Assembly (NCBI GenBank): GCA_043809315.1
Contig: JAZDDX010000020.1
Span: forward strand, 32,001 to 96,000
Source: Pseudomonadota bacterium
GTDB lineage: Bacteria > Bdellovibrionota_G > JALEGL01 > DATDPG01
Direction: 5' to 3'
DNA length: 64,000 bases
Shown here: positions 49,529 through 58,405 of the stretch, in pieces
Position numbering within the stretch: the stretch's first letter is position 1
How the letters are laid out: the number at the start of each line of letters is the position of its first letter
Translations under genes and position numbers: made by a program
The notes under the pieces: generated by a model
Databases searched by the model: none
What the model saw: the letters and a program-made list of their open reading frames with translations, nothing else
What the model was told of the DNA's origin: nothing

Positions 49529-50752
49529 ATGGCCTCACAGAACAAGATCACCCCGGAGTTCATCCGCCGGATCCCAAAGACCGACCTTCACCTCCACCTC
49601 GACGGCTCTCTTCGTCTGGGAACCCTGATCGACCTCGCGAAGAAGGAGAAGCTGGAGCTCCCCTCGTACGAGGAACAGGGGCTCCGGGATCTGGTCTTCA
49701 AGCCGCGATACGCGAGCCTCGCGGAGTACCTGCGGGGGTTCAAGTACACCTGCGCCGTCCTTCGGGAGGCGGAGAACATCGAACGGGTGAGCTACGAGCT
49801 GGCGGAGGACAACATTGCCGAGGGGGTCCGGTACATCGAGATCCGTCTGGCACCGCAGCTCCTGATGCACGAGAATCTGACGGCGGAGGACGTGGTTCGC
49901 GCCGTTTCCGACGGGGCCCGGCGCGCAAGGAACCGCCATAACGAGACCGACGTGGTCAAGAAGGGGAAAGACCTCCCGTTCGATTTCGGCGTGATCGTCT
50001 GCGGGATGCGGGCTTTCAATTCGAAGATGGGGAGCTACTATAAGAATCTGCTGAGCGTCGCCTCCCGAGCTCCGAAGAAGGAGGTCTTCTCCATCGCATC
50101 GCTCGAGATGGCGCGCGAAGCAGTCGCGCTGCGCGACGAACAGGGGTTACCGGTCGTCGGGTTCGACCTGGCCGGCGAGGAGGCCGGGTATCCGTCAGCC
50201 TACCACGTTCAGGCGTATGAGTATGCGCACAAGAACTTTCTCAAAAAGACCGTGCACGCCGGGGAGGCATACGGCCCGGAGTCGATCTTCCAGGCGATCA
50301 CGGAGTGCCACGCGAACCGGATCGGGCACGGGACGTTCCTCTTCGCGAAGGAGATGATCCAGGACGCCTCGATCGAGGACAAGGCCGGGTACATCAACGA
50401 TCTCGCGGAGTACATCGCCAGCCGCCGAATCAACATGGAGGTCTGCATCACGAGCAATCTGCAGACCTGCCCGCAGATCACGAAACCGGAGGACCATCCT
50501 CTTTCGCAGATGTTGAAGCATTACCTGTCGATCTCGATCTGCACCGACAACCGACTGCATTCGAACACGACGGTCTGCAAGGAGCTGGAACAGGTGGCGA
50601 AACATTTCCCGATCACGCACGAGCAGTTCCGCAGCGTCGTCATCGCCGGGTTCAAGGGGAGTTTCTACGGCGGGAGCTACACCGAGAAGCGCGCGTACGT
50701 CCGCCAGGCGATTGATCTCTACGACGCCGTCGCGGCGGAGATGTTGAAGTAG
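49529..50752 (+). CDS. Adenosine/adenine deaminase family protein
   Basis: DLHLHLDGS, FDLAG.E, HAGE, RIGHG and CTDN motifs. Confidence 0.92.
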   Translation: MASQNKITPEFIRRIPKTDLHLHLDGSLRLGTLIDLAKKEKLELPSYEEQGLRDLVFKPRYASLAEYLRGFKYTCAVLREAENIERVSYELAEDNIAEGVRYIEIRLAPQLLMHENLTAEDVVRAVSDGARRARNRHNETDVVKKGKDLPFDFGVIVCGMRAFNSKMGSYYKNLLSVASRAPKKEVFSIASLEMAREAVALRDEQGLPVVGFDLAGEEAGYPSAYHVQAYEYAHKNFLKKTVHAGEAYGPESIFQAITECHANRIGHGTFLFAKEMIQDASIEDKAGYINDLAEYIASRRINMEVCITSNLQTCPQITKPEDHPLSQMLKHYLSISICTDNRLHSNTTVCKELEQVAKHFPITHEQFRSVVIAGFKGSFYGGSYTEKRAYVRQAIDLYDAVAAEMLK

Positions 50753-50760
50753 GGACCGAC

Positions 50761-51573
50761 ATGCAACCCTCCATCCTCGGCCTCGGCACCTGGGGAATGG
50801 AGTGGGACGACCGCGCCGAGGTGACACGCGCGATTCACAAGGCGATCGACCTCGGGATGACCCACATCGACACCGCCGAAATGTACGGATCGGGGAAGGT
50901 CGAAGAGATTCTCGGGACAGTGCTCGAAGGAAAAAGGGATCAGGTCTTTCTTGTCTCAAAGGTCCTGCCGTCCAACGCGACGTACGACGGAACGATCCGA
51001 GCGTGCGAACGTTCGCTTCGCCGTCTCAAGACCGATCATCTCGATTGCTATCTACTTCACTATCTGGGGGACCATCCGCTCGAAGAGACGATCCGGGCGT
51101 TCGAGACCCTCCAACAGACCGGGAAGATCCAATCGTACGGCGTCAGCAACTTCAATTTGGACCAAGTTCGGAACGCAACGCGAATCTCAAACAACAAGAT
51201 CGCCTGCAATCAGGTTCTCTATCACTTGGAGGAGCGCGGGATCGAACACTACGTCATCCCCGGCTGCCGCGAGCTCGGGATCTCTGTCGTCGCCTACTCC
51301 CCTCTCGCGCAAGGGAAGTTCCCGCCGAAAGATCCCATGAAAAGCGCGGTGCTGACGGAGATTGCGCGTGCCCACAACGTGACGCCAGCTCAAGTAGCAC
51401 TCGCTTTCGTGATCCGAGATCCGAACCTTTTGGCGATCCCGAAGAGCGGGAGTGTCCGGCACGTCGTCGAGAACGCCGGGGTGACCTCCGTACACCTCAC
51501 GGAAGACGAGATCGCCAAGCTGGATCTGGCTTTTCCGAAGGGACCAGTGCGAAACGATGTGCCGATGCTTTAG
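50761..51573 (+). CDS. Aldo/keto reductase
   Basis: DTAEMYG, SK, GVSNF, AYSPL and IPKS motifs. Confidence 0.94.
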   Translation: MQPSILGLGTWGMEWDDRAEVTRAIHKAIDLGMTHIDTAEMYGSGKVEEILGTVLEGKRDQVFLVSKVLPSNATYDGTIRACERSLRRLKTDHLDCYLLHYLGDHPLEETIRAFETLQQTGKIQSYGVSNFNLDQVRNATRISNNKIACNQVLYHLEERGIEHYVIPGCRELGISVVAYSPLAQGKFPPKDPMKSAVLTEIARAHNVTPAQVALAFVIRDPNLLAIPKSGSVRHVVENAGVTSVHLTEDEIAKLDLAFPKGPVRNDVPML

Positions 51574-51574
51574 G

Positions 51575-52039
51575 CTAGGCGGCATTTCGGAATCGGATTT
51601 CGAGCGGCAAACCCAATACGCCGGCGATCTTATACAGTTGCTCGAGGTTCTTGTTCAGGATTGCTGGACTCAAAAGGCGGTGGACTTGATTGCTGGAGGT
51701 ACCCAACCTCTCCGCGAGATATCGCTTCGAAATGTTCCGCTTTTTCAGCGTTCCCTTGATTGTCGCCGTCAGCACTTCGATATGGGTCTGAAGGAGAAAC
51801 TCAGGATCTTTGGCAAGAGCTAATGGCTGGTCGAACGGCATGAAATCGGTCCGCCCATCCGAGAATTCAAACCCGATAGACCTCCCCCGCGTCTCATGAT
51901 CGATCCATGCCTTCCGGATCCTCCCCTTGATCCCCACCTGTCCAAAATGAAACGTGATTTTCTTCTTCGAGCCATAGACGACCGAGATCTGCTTCTTTCG
52001 GTTGTTGACCGACACGGATTTTAGTTTGTCTTGTCTCAT
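51575..52039 (-). CDS. Putative antitoxin with C-terminal Cro/C1-type HTH
   Basis: ISKRYLAERLGTSSNQVHRLL HTH; ATGA-coupled to the toxin-like gene. Confidence 0.78.
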   Translation of the reverse strand: MRQDKLKSVSVNNRKKQISVVYGSKKKITFHFGQVGIKGRIRKAWIDHETRGRSIGFEFSDGRTDFMPFDQPLALAKDPEFLLQTHIEVLTATIKGTLKKRNISKRYLAERLGTSSNQVHRLLSPAILNKNLEQLYKIAGVLGLPLEIRFRNAA

Positions 52040-52230
52040 AATTCTCCTTGTCGAATCAGATCAGCAAAGATCCTCCTCAGCTTCTTATTCAGCCGCCCCT
52101 TGAGCACGAGGAGTTGCGGCACCTGCACCTTCGCCACCTCTTTTCCATCTTTGTACACGTGGGCATGTTTTGGCATGTGATCTCCCATCCACCATTCGAT
52201 CAGATACCCCGCACGTTGGATCCGTCCCAT
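52036..52230 (-). CDS. DUF4160-like (HicA-fold) putative toxin
   Basis: 64 aa, basic, DH.P.H.HV motif. Confidence 0.78.
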   Translation of the reverse strand: MGRIQRAGYLIEWWMGDHMPKHAHVYKDGKEVAKVQVPQLLVLKGRLNKKLRRIFADLIRQGEL

Positions 52231-52239
52231 TCCAGCATC

Positions 52240-52263
52240 TACTAAAGTATACTATATTTAGTA
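52240..52263. promoter_or_regulatory. Inverted-repeat operator over the -10 of the TA promoter
   Basis: TACTAAA-N10-TTTAGTA in an AT-rich patch; contains minus-strand TATACT. Confidence 0.7.
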
Positions 52264-52403
52264 AATGTTATGAAGCGCCGGCAGGCCGGGCTCCCCTGCC
52301 TCGGATGGCAAGAGTCATGCCCGAAGTTAACTGGATGAAAGAACTGAGAATCGATGGATCGGGAAAACGGCGGGAGACCGGAAATCGGACGGTCGCAGCG
52401 CTA

Positions 52404-53192
52404 TTATCGAAGCGCCTGGTCGAGCAGTTCCTTGAGCTTTTCCTTCGTCAACGCTCCGCCCTTGCAGTAGGAGATCGGTCGGTCTTTCTTCACGATGCAC
52501 GTCGCAGGAACCCTGTGGATCGTGTAATCCATCGCCACGTCATTGTTCGAGTCGAACAGAACCGGCCACTTCATGCCGTACCTCTTCGCAAACGAGGCCG
52601 TCTTTGCGGCACTTTCCTCCAACGTCGTGCTGATCGATACGAACTCGACCCCTTTTTCTTTGTACTCTGAGCGAACTTCCACGAGATCCGGTGTTTCCTT
52701 CTGACAGGGCTTACACCAGGTGTTGAAGATGTTCACCAGGACGACCTTGTTGTCTTTGAGGAGATCCATCAGACGGACCATCTTCTTGTCGGACACGTCC
52801 TGAATCTTGAAATCAGGTGCGTACTGGGTGCAGTGCGTTTCTTCCTCCGTAAGCGTCTGCTCTTCAGAGTCTCCCCATGAAACGGTCCAGAGATCCTCTT
52901 GTCCCTGCAACGTGTAGTTGGAGTTCGGATAGGAAAGGGGGATCTGCTTGATCTCCGGCTTCCGCCAAATTTCAACGTAATCATCATAAGAGTACGTGGT
53001 TGATCGGACCTTCTTCTTCCCCGGAATCGCCTCCTCCACAATCAGCTCGCGGTAATCCGCCTTGTCCAAGCCCTTGAAGACCGAGACTTGAAGCGTCCGC
53101 TTCTCCAGCTTCGGGGCACAGGAAAGAAGAAGCTCCTTCGCGGAGGCGCTGGAGACGAAAAGAAGGGCGGCAATGGCGGCCAGGGGTTTCAA
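52404..53192 (-). CDS. Exported TlpA-like thioredoxin fused to an unknown N-terminal domain
   Basis: Signal peptide; APDF, WCKPC..E.P and VP.T motifs in the C-terminal half. Confidence 0.87.
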   Translation of the reverse strand: MKPLAAIAALLFVSSASAKELLLSCAPKLEKRTLQVSVFKGLDKADYRELIVEEAIPGKKKVRSTTYSYDDYVEIWRKPEIKQIPLSYPNSNYTLQGQEDLWTVSWGDSEEQTLTEEETHCTQYAPDFKIQDVSDKKMVRLMDLLKDNKVVLVNIFNTWCKPCQKETPDLVEVRSEYKEKGVEFVSISTTLEESAAKTASFAKRYGMKWPVLFDSNNDVAMDYTIHRVPATCIVKKDRPISYCKGGALTKEKLKELLDQALR

Positions 53193-53236
53193 CGCAGCGC
53201 ATTATATTGAATCCTACACCCCTGCGCAAGGGGGGG

Positions 53237-54262
53237 TCAGACGTGCAGCTCGACGACGTCCTTGTCGACCAACCGGTGCTCCGGCCCGACCGGCTGCCCG
53301 TCGAACCGCCCACTCCCCCAAAGCTTCGCGAACTTGAGCATCGAGGCGATCTCTTTGTGAACCAGGACCGCCAGGTCGTGGACTGTTCCTCCGTGGCGGA
53401 GGGTGTACGGCTTCGTCAGCTCCGGCGGCTTCCCCGGCGGCTTCGTGTAGGCCCGAATCAGTCCTAGCTTCTTGAACAGAAACGGCCCCAACTCGGATAA
53501 CCCCTCCCTCGTCTCCGCCGAAACCGTAAACGCCGGGAACTTCACCCCGACCAGCTCTTCTAAGACCTTTACCTCCTCCGGATCGGGGTCGAGATCCCGC
53601 TTGTTCGCGACGAGGATCGTCGGAAGATGGAGACGGAACGGATCGGGGGTCTCGTCACGACCCACCGGAACCGCACTCTCCGGATCGAGAGGCCACCGCT
53701 CCGTCAGCGTCACCTTCTTCTCGTGCAGGCGCGAAAGAATCGCCGGCAGATCGTCTGTCGCCGCCGGATCGGTGACATCGACGACCAACATCGCCGCATC
53801 GGCCGTCTGGAGAGCGTTCGCGTACCACCCCTCCATGAACTCCTTCGATATCGGTGGAAGATCGATCAGCTGGAGGTGAACATCCTCGTATTTGAGCATC
53901 CCGGGGAACGGGGTCTTCGTCGTGAACGGGTACGGACCGACCTCGGCATGTGCGCCGGTCAAGCGGTTCAAGAGCAACGACTTCCCGGCGTTCGGAGGAC
54001 CGATCAAAACGATCTGCGCCGCCCCCTCGGAGCGGACCGCCTGGATTACGCCGCCGCCCCCCCCTTTTTTTTCCCGGATCGCGGTCTCTTCCGTTAGATC
54101 CTTGATCCGGGTCTTGATGTCCGCCTGAAGATGATCCGTCCCTTTGTGCTTCGGAACCGTCCGGAGCATCTCCCGCAACCACTTGAGCTTCTCATGCGGA
54201 TCGCGCGCCTTCTTGTATTCCGCTTCCGACCGCTTGTACTCGGGTGTCGTGTTCGTCGGCAT
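53237..54262 (-). CDS. DRG/Obg-like GTP-binding protein with TGS domain
   Basis: PKHKGT, GPPNAGKS, YPFTT, DLPP, NKRD and VSA motifs; TGS domain AKLWG..FDGQ.VG..H.L.D.DVVE. Confidence 0.92.
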   Translation of the reverse strand: MPTNTTPEYKRSEAEYKKARDPHEKLKWLREMLRTVPKHKGTDHLQADIKTRIKDLTEETAIREKKGGGGGVIQAVRSEGAAQIVLIGPPNAGKSLLLNRLTGAHAEVGPYPFTTKTPFPGMLKYEDVHLQLIDLPPISKEFMEGWYANALQTADAAMLVVDVTDPAATDDLPAILSRLHEKKVTLTERWPLDPESAVPVGRDETPDPFRLHLPTILVANKRDLDPDPEEVKVLEELVGVKFPAFTVSAETREGLSELGPFLFKKLGLIRAYTKPPGKPPELTKPYTLRHGGTVHDLAVLVHKEIASMLKFAKLWGSGRFDGQPVGPEHRLVDKDVVELHV

Positions 54263-54264
54263 CG

Positions 54265-54879
54265 TTACTCCGCGGCAAGCCGCGCCATCTCCGCCGGGGT
54301 GTTGGCATTCCAAAGGATCCGCGGGTCGTCGACTGGAACCCGGACCCTCTGGTCCTCCTGCAGCCTTCGGATCTGTTCGTCGAGCCTCGCTTCGGACGAC
54401 CCGAACGGCACTTGAGCGAGTTGTTTTAGGAACGTCGCGGCGAGCAAGACCGGATGTCCCCCCTTCTTCTTGAAAACGGGGACACACGACTGGACCCGAA
54501 TTGAAAATGCACCCGTAAGAGCCTTGCACACCTCCGCACTCGGAACCGGAACATCGATCGGAAGGAGAAACGCGGCCGGTTCGGTCAGAATCCGTCCGGC
54601 ACTTACGATCGACGAGAAGGGGCCGTGTTCGGGGGCATCGTTGATGACAAACGTATGGGGAGAGTCTTGCCGGAGCCACGGGAGCGCTTCGAAATACCGG
54701 TCTGCATCGTACCCGAGGACAACGATCACTCGACTTCCGCTGATCTTCGAGAACAGCGCCAGCTGCCGTTCGATCCAGTACTCCCCGTCGGTCCGGACCA
54801 ATCCTTTCGGGACCCCCATCCGTCCCGATTTTCCGCCGCACAGAACGATCAGCGGGAATCTTCCGACGTCACCCGCCAT
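54265..54879 (-). CDS. Moco nucleotidyltransferase (MocA-like)
   Basis: LCGGKSGRMG.PK, GPFSSI, PID.P, GGHPVL and N.NTP motifs. Confidence 0.82.
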   Translation of the reverse strand: MAGDVGRFPLIVLCGGKSGRMGVPKGLVRTDGEYWIERQLALFSKISGSRVIVVLGYDADRYFEALPWLRQDSPHTFVINDAPEHGPFSSIVSAGRILTEPAAFLLPIDVPVPSAEVCKALTGAFSIRVQSCVPVFKKKGGHPVLLAATFLKQLAQVPFGSSEARLDEQIRRLQEDQRVRVPVDDPRILWNANTPAEMARLAAE

Positions 54880-55294
54880 TCAACCACTCGCTGGTACCGT
54901 CCCGATACGTCTGTTTCTTCCAGATCGGCGTCCGGCGCTTCAGCTCCCCGACGATATATTCACAGGCACGAAATGCTTCCGATCGATGCTCGGCGGAGAC
55001 CGCAACGACGACCGAAACCTCCCCCGGCTCCAAAACTCCGGCCCGGTGGAGGATCGAGCAAGCCGCAACACCGAACTTCTTCTCCGCCTCGTTCCCGATC
55101 TCACCGAAGACCTTTTCCGCCATCGGGACGTACGCCTCGTACTCGAGACGAACCACATCCCGATCCCGGTCACGACCTCGAACGGTCCCGACAAAGACGA
55201 CCTGGCCGCCGTTGACACCGGAAGGTGGGAACAAAGAGGGGTCGATCGGCTTCCGGGTGATTTCGAAGCGGGAGCTCACAATCTCAACCTCCAC
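54869..55294 (-). CDS. moaE: Molybdopterin synthase catalytic subunit
   Basis: F.G.VR, LEYEAY.PMA, HR.G.L and PIWKK motifs. Confidence 0.95.
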   Translation of the reverse strand: MEVEIVSSRFEITRKPIDPSLFPPSGVNGGQVVFVGTVRGRDRDRDVVRLEYEAYVPMAEKVFGEIGNEAEKKFGVAACSILHRAGVLEPGEVSVVVAVSAEHRSEAFRACEYIVGELKRRTPIWKKQTYRDGTSEWLNGG

Positions 55295-55508
55295 TCATCG
55301 GGGGGAGAAAGGCGACCTCGTCCCCCTCTTGAAGCTTCCGATCGCCGGTCACAACCGTTCGATTGACGGCAACGGCAACCCCCTTTCCAAGGTTCGGGAG
55401 TCGTTTCAGGAGGTCGGCCGTCGACGCCCCTTCGTTCAAATCGAGCGCTTCTTTCTCCTTGCCTAGAAGCTCTCTATGTCCTGCAAAATAAAATACTTGA
55501 ATCTTCAT
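55284..55508 (-). CDS. moaD: Molybdopterin synthase sulfur carrier
   Basis: YFA..RE, AVN and GDEVAFLPPMSGG motifs. Confidence 0.95.
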   Translation of the reverse strand: MKIQVFYFAGHRELLGKEKEALDLNEGASTADLLKRLPNLGKGVAVAVNRTVVTGDRKLQEGDEVAFLPPMSGG

Positions 55509-55515
55509 ATCTAAT

Positions 55516-56748
55516 CTAATTCTTCACTACTGAAGTTCGTATACCCGGACATCTTCCCCCTTCGCGAATCGGTTGATCCCCTTCCGGAATGAAGATTAAA
55601 ACCTCGGCCTCTTTGAGCGAGCTCAAAAGGTGTGAATCCTGATGAGTCAGGGGCACGGCACCCCACCGCTCCCCCTCGCGAACGAGCTTCCCTTTCAACC
55701 ACTGGGCCCTGGAATCGCTCCGGGGTGTCTCGCTCAGCAGGGGAACCGTCCGGCATCGAAGATCGACGTCTGTCGCCCCCATGAGGGTCAGAATCGCAGG
55801 ACGGGCATACATGTAGAAACAGGTGAAAACGGCGAACGGGTTCCCCGGAAGGGCCAAGATCAGCCGTTTCCCCTGGAAGCCGGCATAAATCGGTTTTCCC
55901 GGCTTCTGAGCTACGCGCCAGAACAGCTCCTCCACGCCGAGACGCGCGAGTGCCTCCCTCGTCACGTCGTGCTCTCCGACCGAGACCCCTCCGGTCACGA
56001 GAAGGAGATCGGACTCTTCCAAGGCCTGCCCGATTTTCTCGATCGTCTCGTCGAGATCATCGCCGACCCGTTCGAGGCGTTGGACCGGGCATCCGATCTC
56101 CCGGAGCGCCTGTCCGAGGATTACCGAGTTCGATTCGAACGTCTTCCCCTCTCGGAGATCTTTTGGATCCATCACCAACTCGCGGCCCGTCACGATGACC
56201 GAGACTTTCGGAAGCTTTGCTACCTGAACCTTCCGGATCCCTATCGAAGCGAGGATCCCGGCCAAACCGACCGTGACGCGTGCCCCGATCGAAGCGACGA
56301 TCTCCCCTTCGCGAACGTCCCCGCCCCTCGGCCGAATGAATCGGCCGGTCGCAACCGGATCGGAAAGCTCGATCCAGCCCGTCCCCTCCCGAACCACCTC
56401 CTTGGGAACGACGGCGTCCGCTCCTTTCGGGATCGGGGCGCCGGTCATGATCTGGATGGAGGTCCGGGGAGAGCTGAGCGTCAGCGACAAATCTCCGGCC
56501 TGCGTCGTCCCCGCTAGGTCGAGTCGGACCGGATTCGCCTTCGAAGCGGTCGTCGTCTCGGAGGCGCGGACGGCGAACCCATCCATCGCCGAGTTATCAA
56601 AGTGAGGAACGTCGATCGGCGCTCGGACACTCTCCGCGACGATCCTCCCACCTGCCTCCGAGAGAGAGACGGTCTCCGAAGGCCAGGCGTTCGACCAGGA
56701 TCGTACTCGGGTCAGGAGCCGCTCGCGGGCCTCGCCGACCGTGATCAT
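55516..56748 (-). CDS. moeA: Molybdopterin molybdotransferase
   Basis: PHFDNSAMDGFA, IMTGAP.P.GAD.VV, TGGVSVG..D, KPGKP and LPGNP motifs. Confidence 0.95.
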   Translation of the reverse strand: MITVGEARERLLTRVRSWSNAWPSETVSLSEAGGRIVAESVRAPIDVPHFDNSAMDGFAVRASETTTASKANPVRLDLAGTTQAGDLSLTLSSPRTSIQIMTGAPIPKGADAVVPKEVVREGTGWIELSDPVATGRFIRPRGGDVREGEIVASIGARVTVGLAGILASIGIRKVQVAKLPKVSVIVTGRELVMDPKDLREGKTFESNSVILGQALREIGCPVQRLERVGDDLDETIEKIGQALEESDLLLVTGGVSVGEHDVTREALARLGVEELFWRVAQKPGKPIYAGFQGKRLILALPGNPFAVFTCFYMYARPAILTLMGATDVDLRCRTVPLLSETPRSDSRAQWLKGKLVREGERWGAVPLTHQDSHLLSSLKEAEVLIFIPEGDQPIREGGRCPGIRTSVVKN

Positions 56749-57497
56749 CCGAGGGTCCAGAAAAGCCTCCCGGCCACAAAAAGGATCAGGCACGCGGTCG
56801 TACGCTGGATCGCAACCAAGGGGAGTCGTCCGACGCTCAGGCGGCTTCCGATCTGGCCTCCCAGGAAAACCGCTGCTGCCAGCGGAACGATCGTTGCCAG
56901 ATCGTACGCGTACGCCGATTTCTGAAACTGCCCCGCTAGGCCGGAAAGTGAGTTGACCAGGATAAAGAAACTGGAAGCTGCGGCGATCTGCCGGGCGTTC
57001 CCCCAACGGAGAAAATAGAGGAGCGGCGCAAGAAAGATCCCGCCGCCGATCCCGACCACCCCTCCCAAGAATCCCAGGATCGCGCCGGCCACCAATCCGA
57101 TGGGGACTTCCCGAACAAAGCGCTTGGAGATTCTCTCTTCCATGCCTCGACCGGAGAAGAAGAGAGCCAGGCCGGCAACAGCCAGGGAAAATGCCGCCAG
57201 GATTAGGAACGTCTCTTTCGCGATCGGATACCGCCCGCCGAAATAGGCGGCCGGAACCGATCCGACGACGAACGGCAAAACGCGCCGGAACGGGAGCCAT
57301 CCCCCTTTTACGTAATGAATAACCCCACCCGAAACGACGACAAGGTTACAAAGAAGCGCGATCTTCGGAGCGACCGTGTGCGGAAGACTGAACAACAGAA
57401 GGAGAGCCACATACGTCGAACCGCCGCCGAAACCGGCTGCCGAGTAGACCAGAGCAGTGAGAAAAAAAAGAGGGACCAAGGCGAGAACCGCCGTCAC
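56745..57497 (-). CDS. TauE/SafE (TSUP) family membrane transporter
   Basis: YS..GFGGGS.Y and GIGGGIFL.P motifs; multiple TMs. Confidence 0.9.
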   Translation of the reverse strand: MTAVLALVPLFFLTALVYSAAGFGGGSTYVALLLLFSLPHTVAPKIALLCNLVVVSGGVIHYVKGGWLPFRRVLPFVVGSVPAAYFGGRYPIAKETFLILAAFSLAVAGLALFFSGRGMEERISKRFVREVPIGLVAGAILGFLGGVVGIGGGIFLAPLLYFLRWGNARQIAAASSFFILVNSLSGLAGQFQKSAYAYDLATIVPLAAAVFLGGQIGSRLSVGRLPLVAIQRTTACLILFVAGRLFWTLG

Positions 57498-58405
57498 GAC
57501 CCGTGCCCCCCGCCTTCGAGCACGTGGTAGACGTGAAAGAGGACCGGGAAGATCGCGTCGATCGACTCCTCGGCCGCCGTTGCCGACCCGGGGAGGTTCA
57601 CCAAGACCGTAGCCCCTCGGACGCCGGCCGTCCCGCGGGAGAGAACCGCCCTTGGGTTCCTCCTCCGCCCGTGGCTTCGCATCGCTTCAGACAGACCGGG
57701 GATCTTCCGTTCGATCACTTCTTCCGTCGCCTCGACGGTCACATCCCGCGGTCCGAGCCCGGTCCCGCCGGTCGTCACGATCAGGGAGACCCCCTCTTCG
57801 CAGAACTGGAGAAGTTTCCTTTTGATCACTTCCTGATCATCCGGAACGATGGCCCGCTCCACGTTCCGGATCCCGAGCCCCTTGAGCCTCTCGACAATCC
57901 GAACTCCCGACTCGTCCTTCCGTTTTCCTTCGAATACCCCGTCCGACGTCACGACGACGGCGGCGCGAAAACCGTTCGGAACCTTCTCGATGAAATCGGA
58001 TTTTCCGCCTTTCTTCGAGGAAACCTCGATCCCGCCGATCTCCATCTTCGGATCGATCCCTTTGAGCATGTCGAAGATGGTGAGAAGCGCAACGGCGACG
58101 GCGGTGAGCGCCTCCATCTCGACCCCCGTCTTCCAGACCGCCTTCACGGTCGATTCCACCCGGATTCCCCCCTCCTCGAGCTTGAACCCGATCGAGATCC
58201 CGTCGAGGGGGATCGGATGACAGTACGGGAGGATCTCCCAGGTCTTCTTTGCCGCAAGGATCCCGGCCGTCCGCGCAGCCTCCAGAACATCCCCTTTCGG
58301 AACCTTCTTCTCTTTCACCATCCCCAGCACGTCCGGCGACACCGTGATCCGGCCGGAAGCGGTCGCAGTACGAAGTGTGTCGATCTTGGAATCGGTAAAG
58401 ATCAT
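57494..58405 (-). CDS. moaCB: Bifunctional MoaC/MoaB (MogA-like) protein
   Basis: KGDV, AAKKT...P.CHP and TGVEMEAL, followed by D.SG, TTGGTG..PRDVT.EA and NLPGS. Confidence 0.93.
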   Translation of the reverse strand: MIFTDSKIDTLRTATASGRITVSPDVLGMVKEKKVPKGDVLEAARTAGILAAKKTWEILPYCHPIPLDGISIGFKLEEGGIRVESTVKAVWKTGVEMEALTAVAVALLTIFDMLKGIDPKMEIGGIEVSSKKGGKSDFIEKVPNGFRAAVVVTSDGVFEGKRKDESGVRIVERLKGLGIRNVERAIVPDDQEVIKRKLLQFCEEGVSLIVTTGGTGLGPRDVTVEATEEVIERKIPGLSEAMRSHGRRRNPRAVLSRGTAGVRGATVLVNLPGSATAAEESIDAIFPVLFHVYHVLEGGGHGS

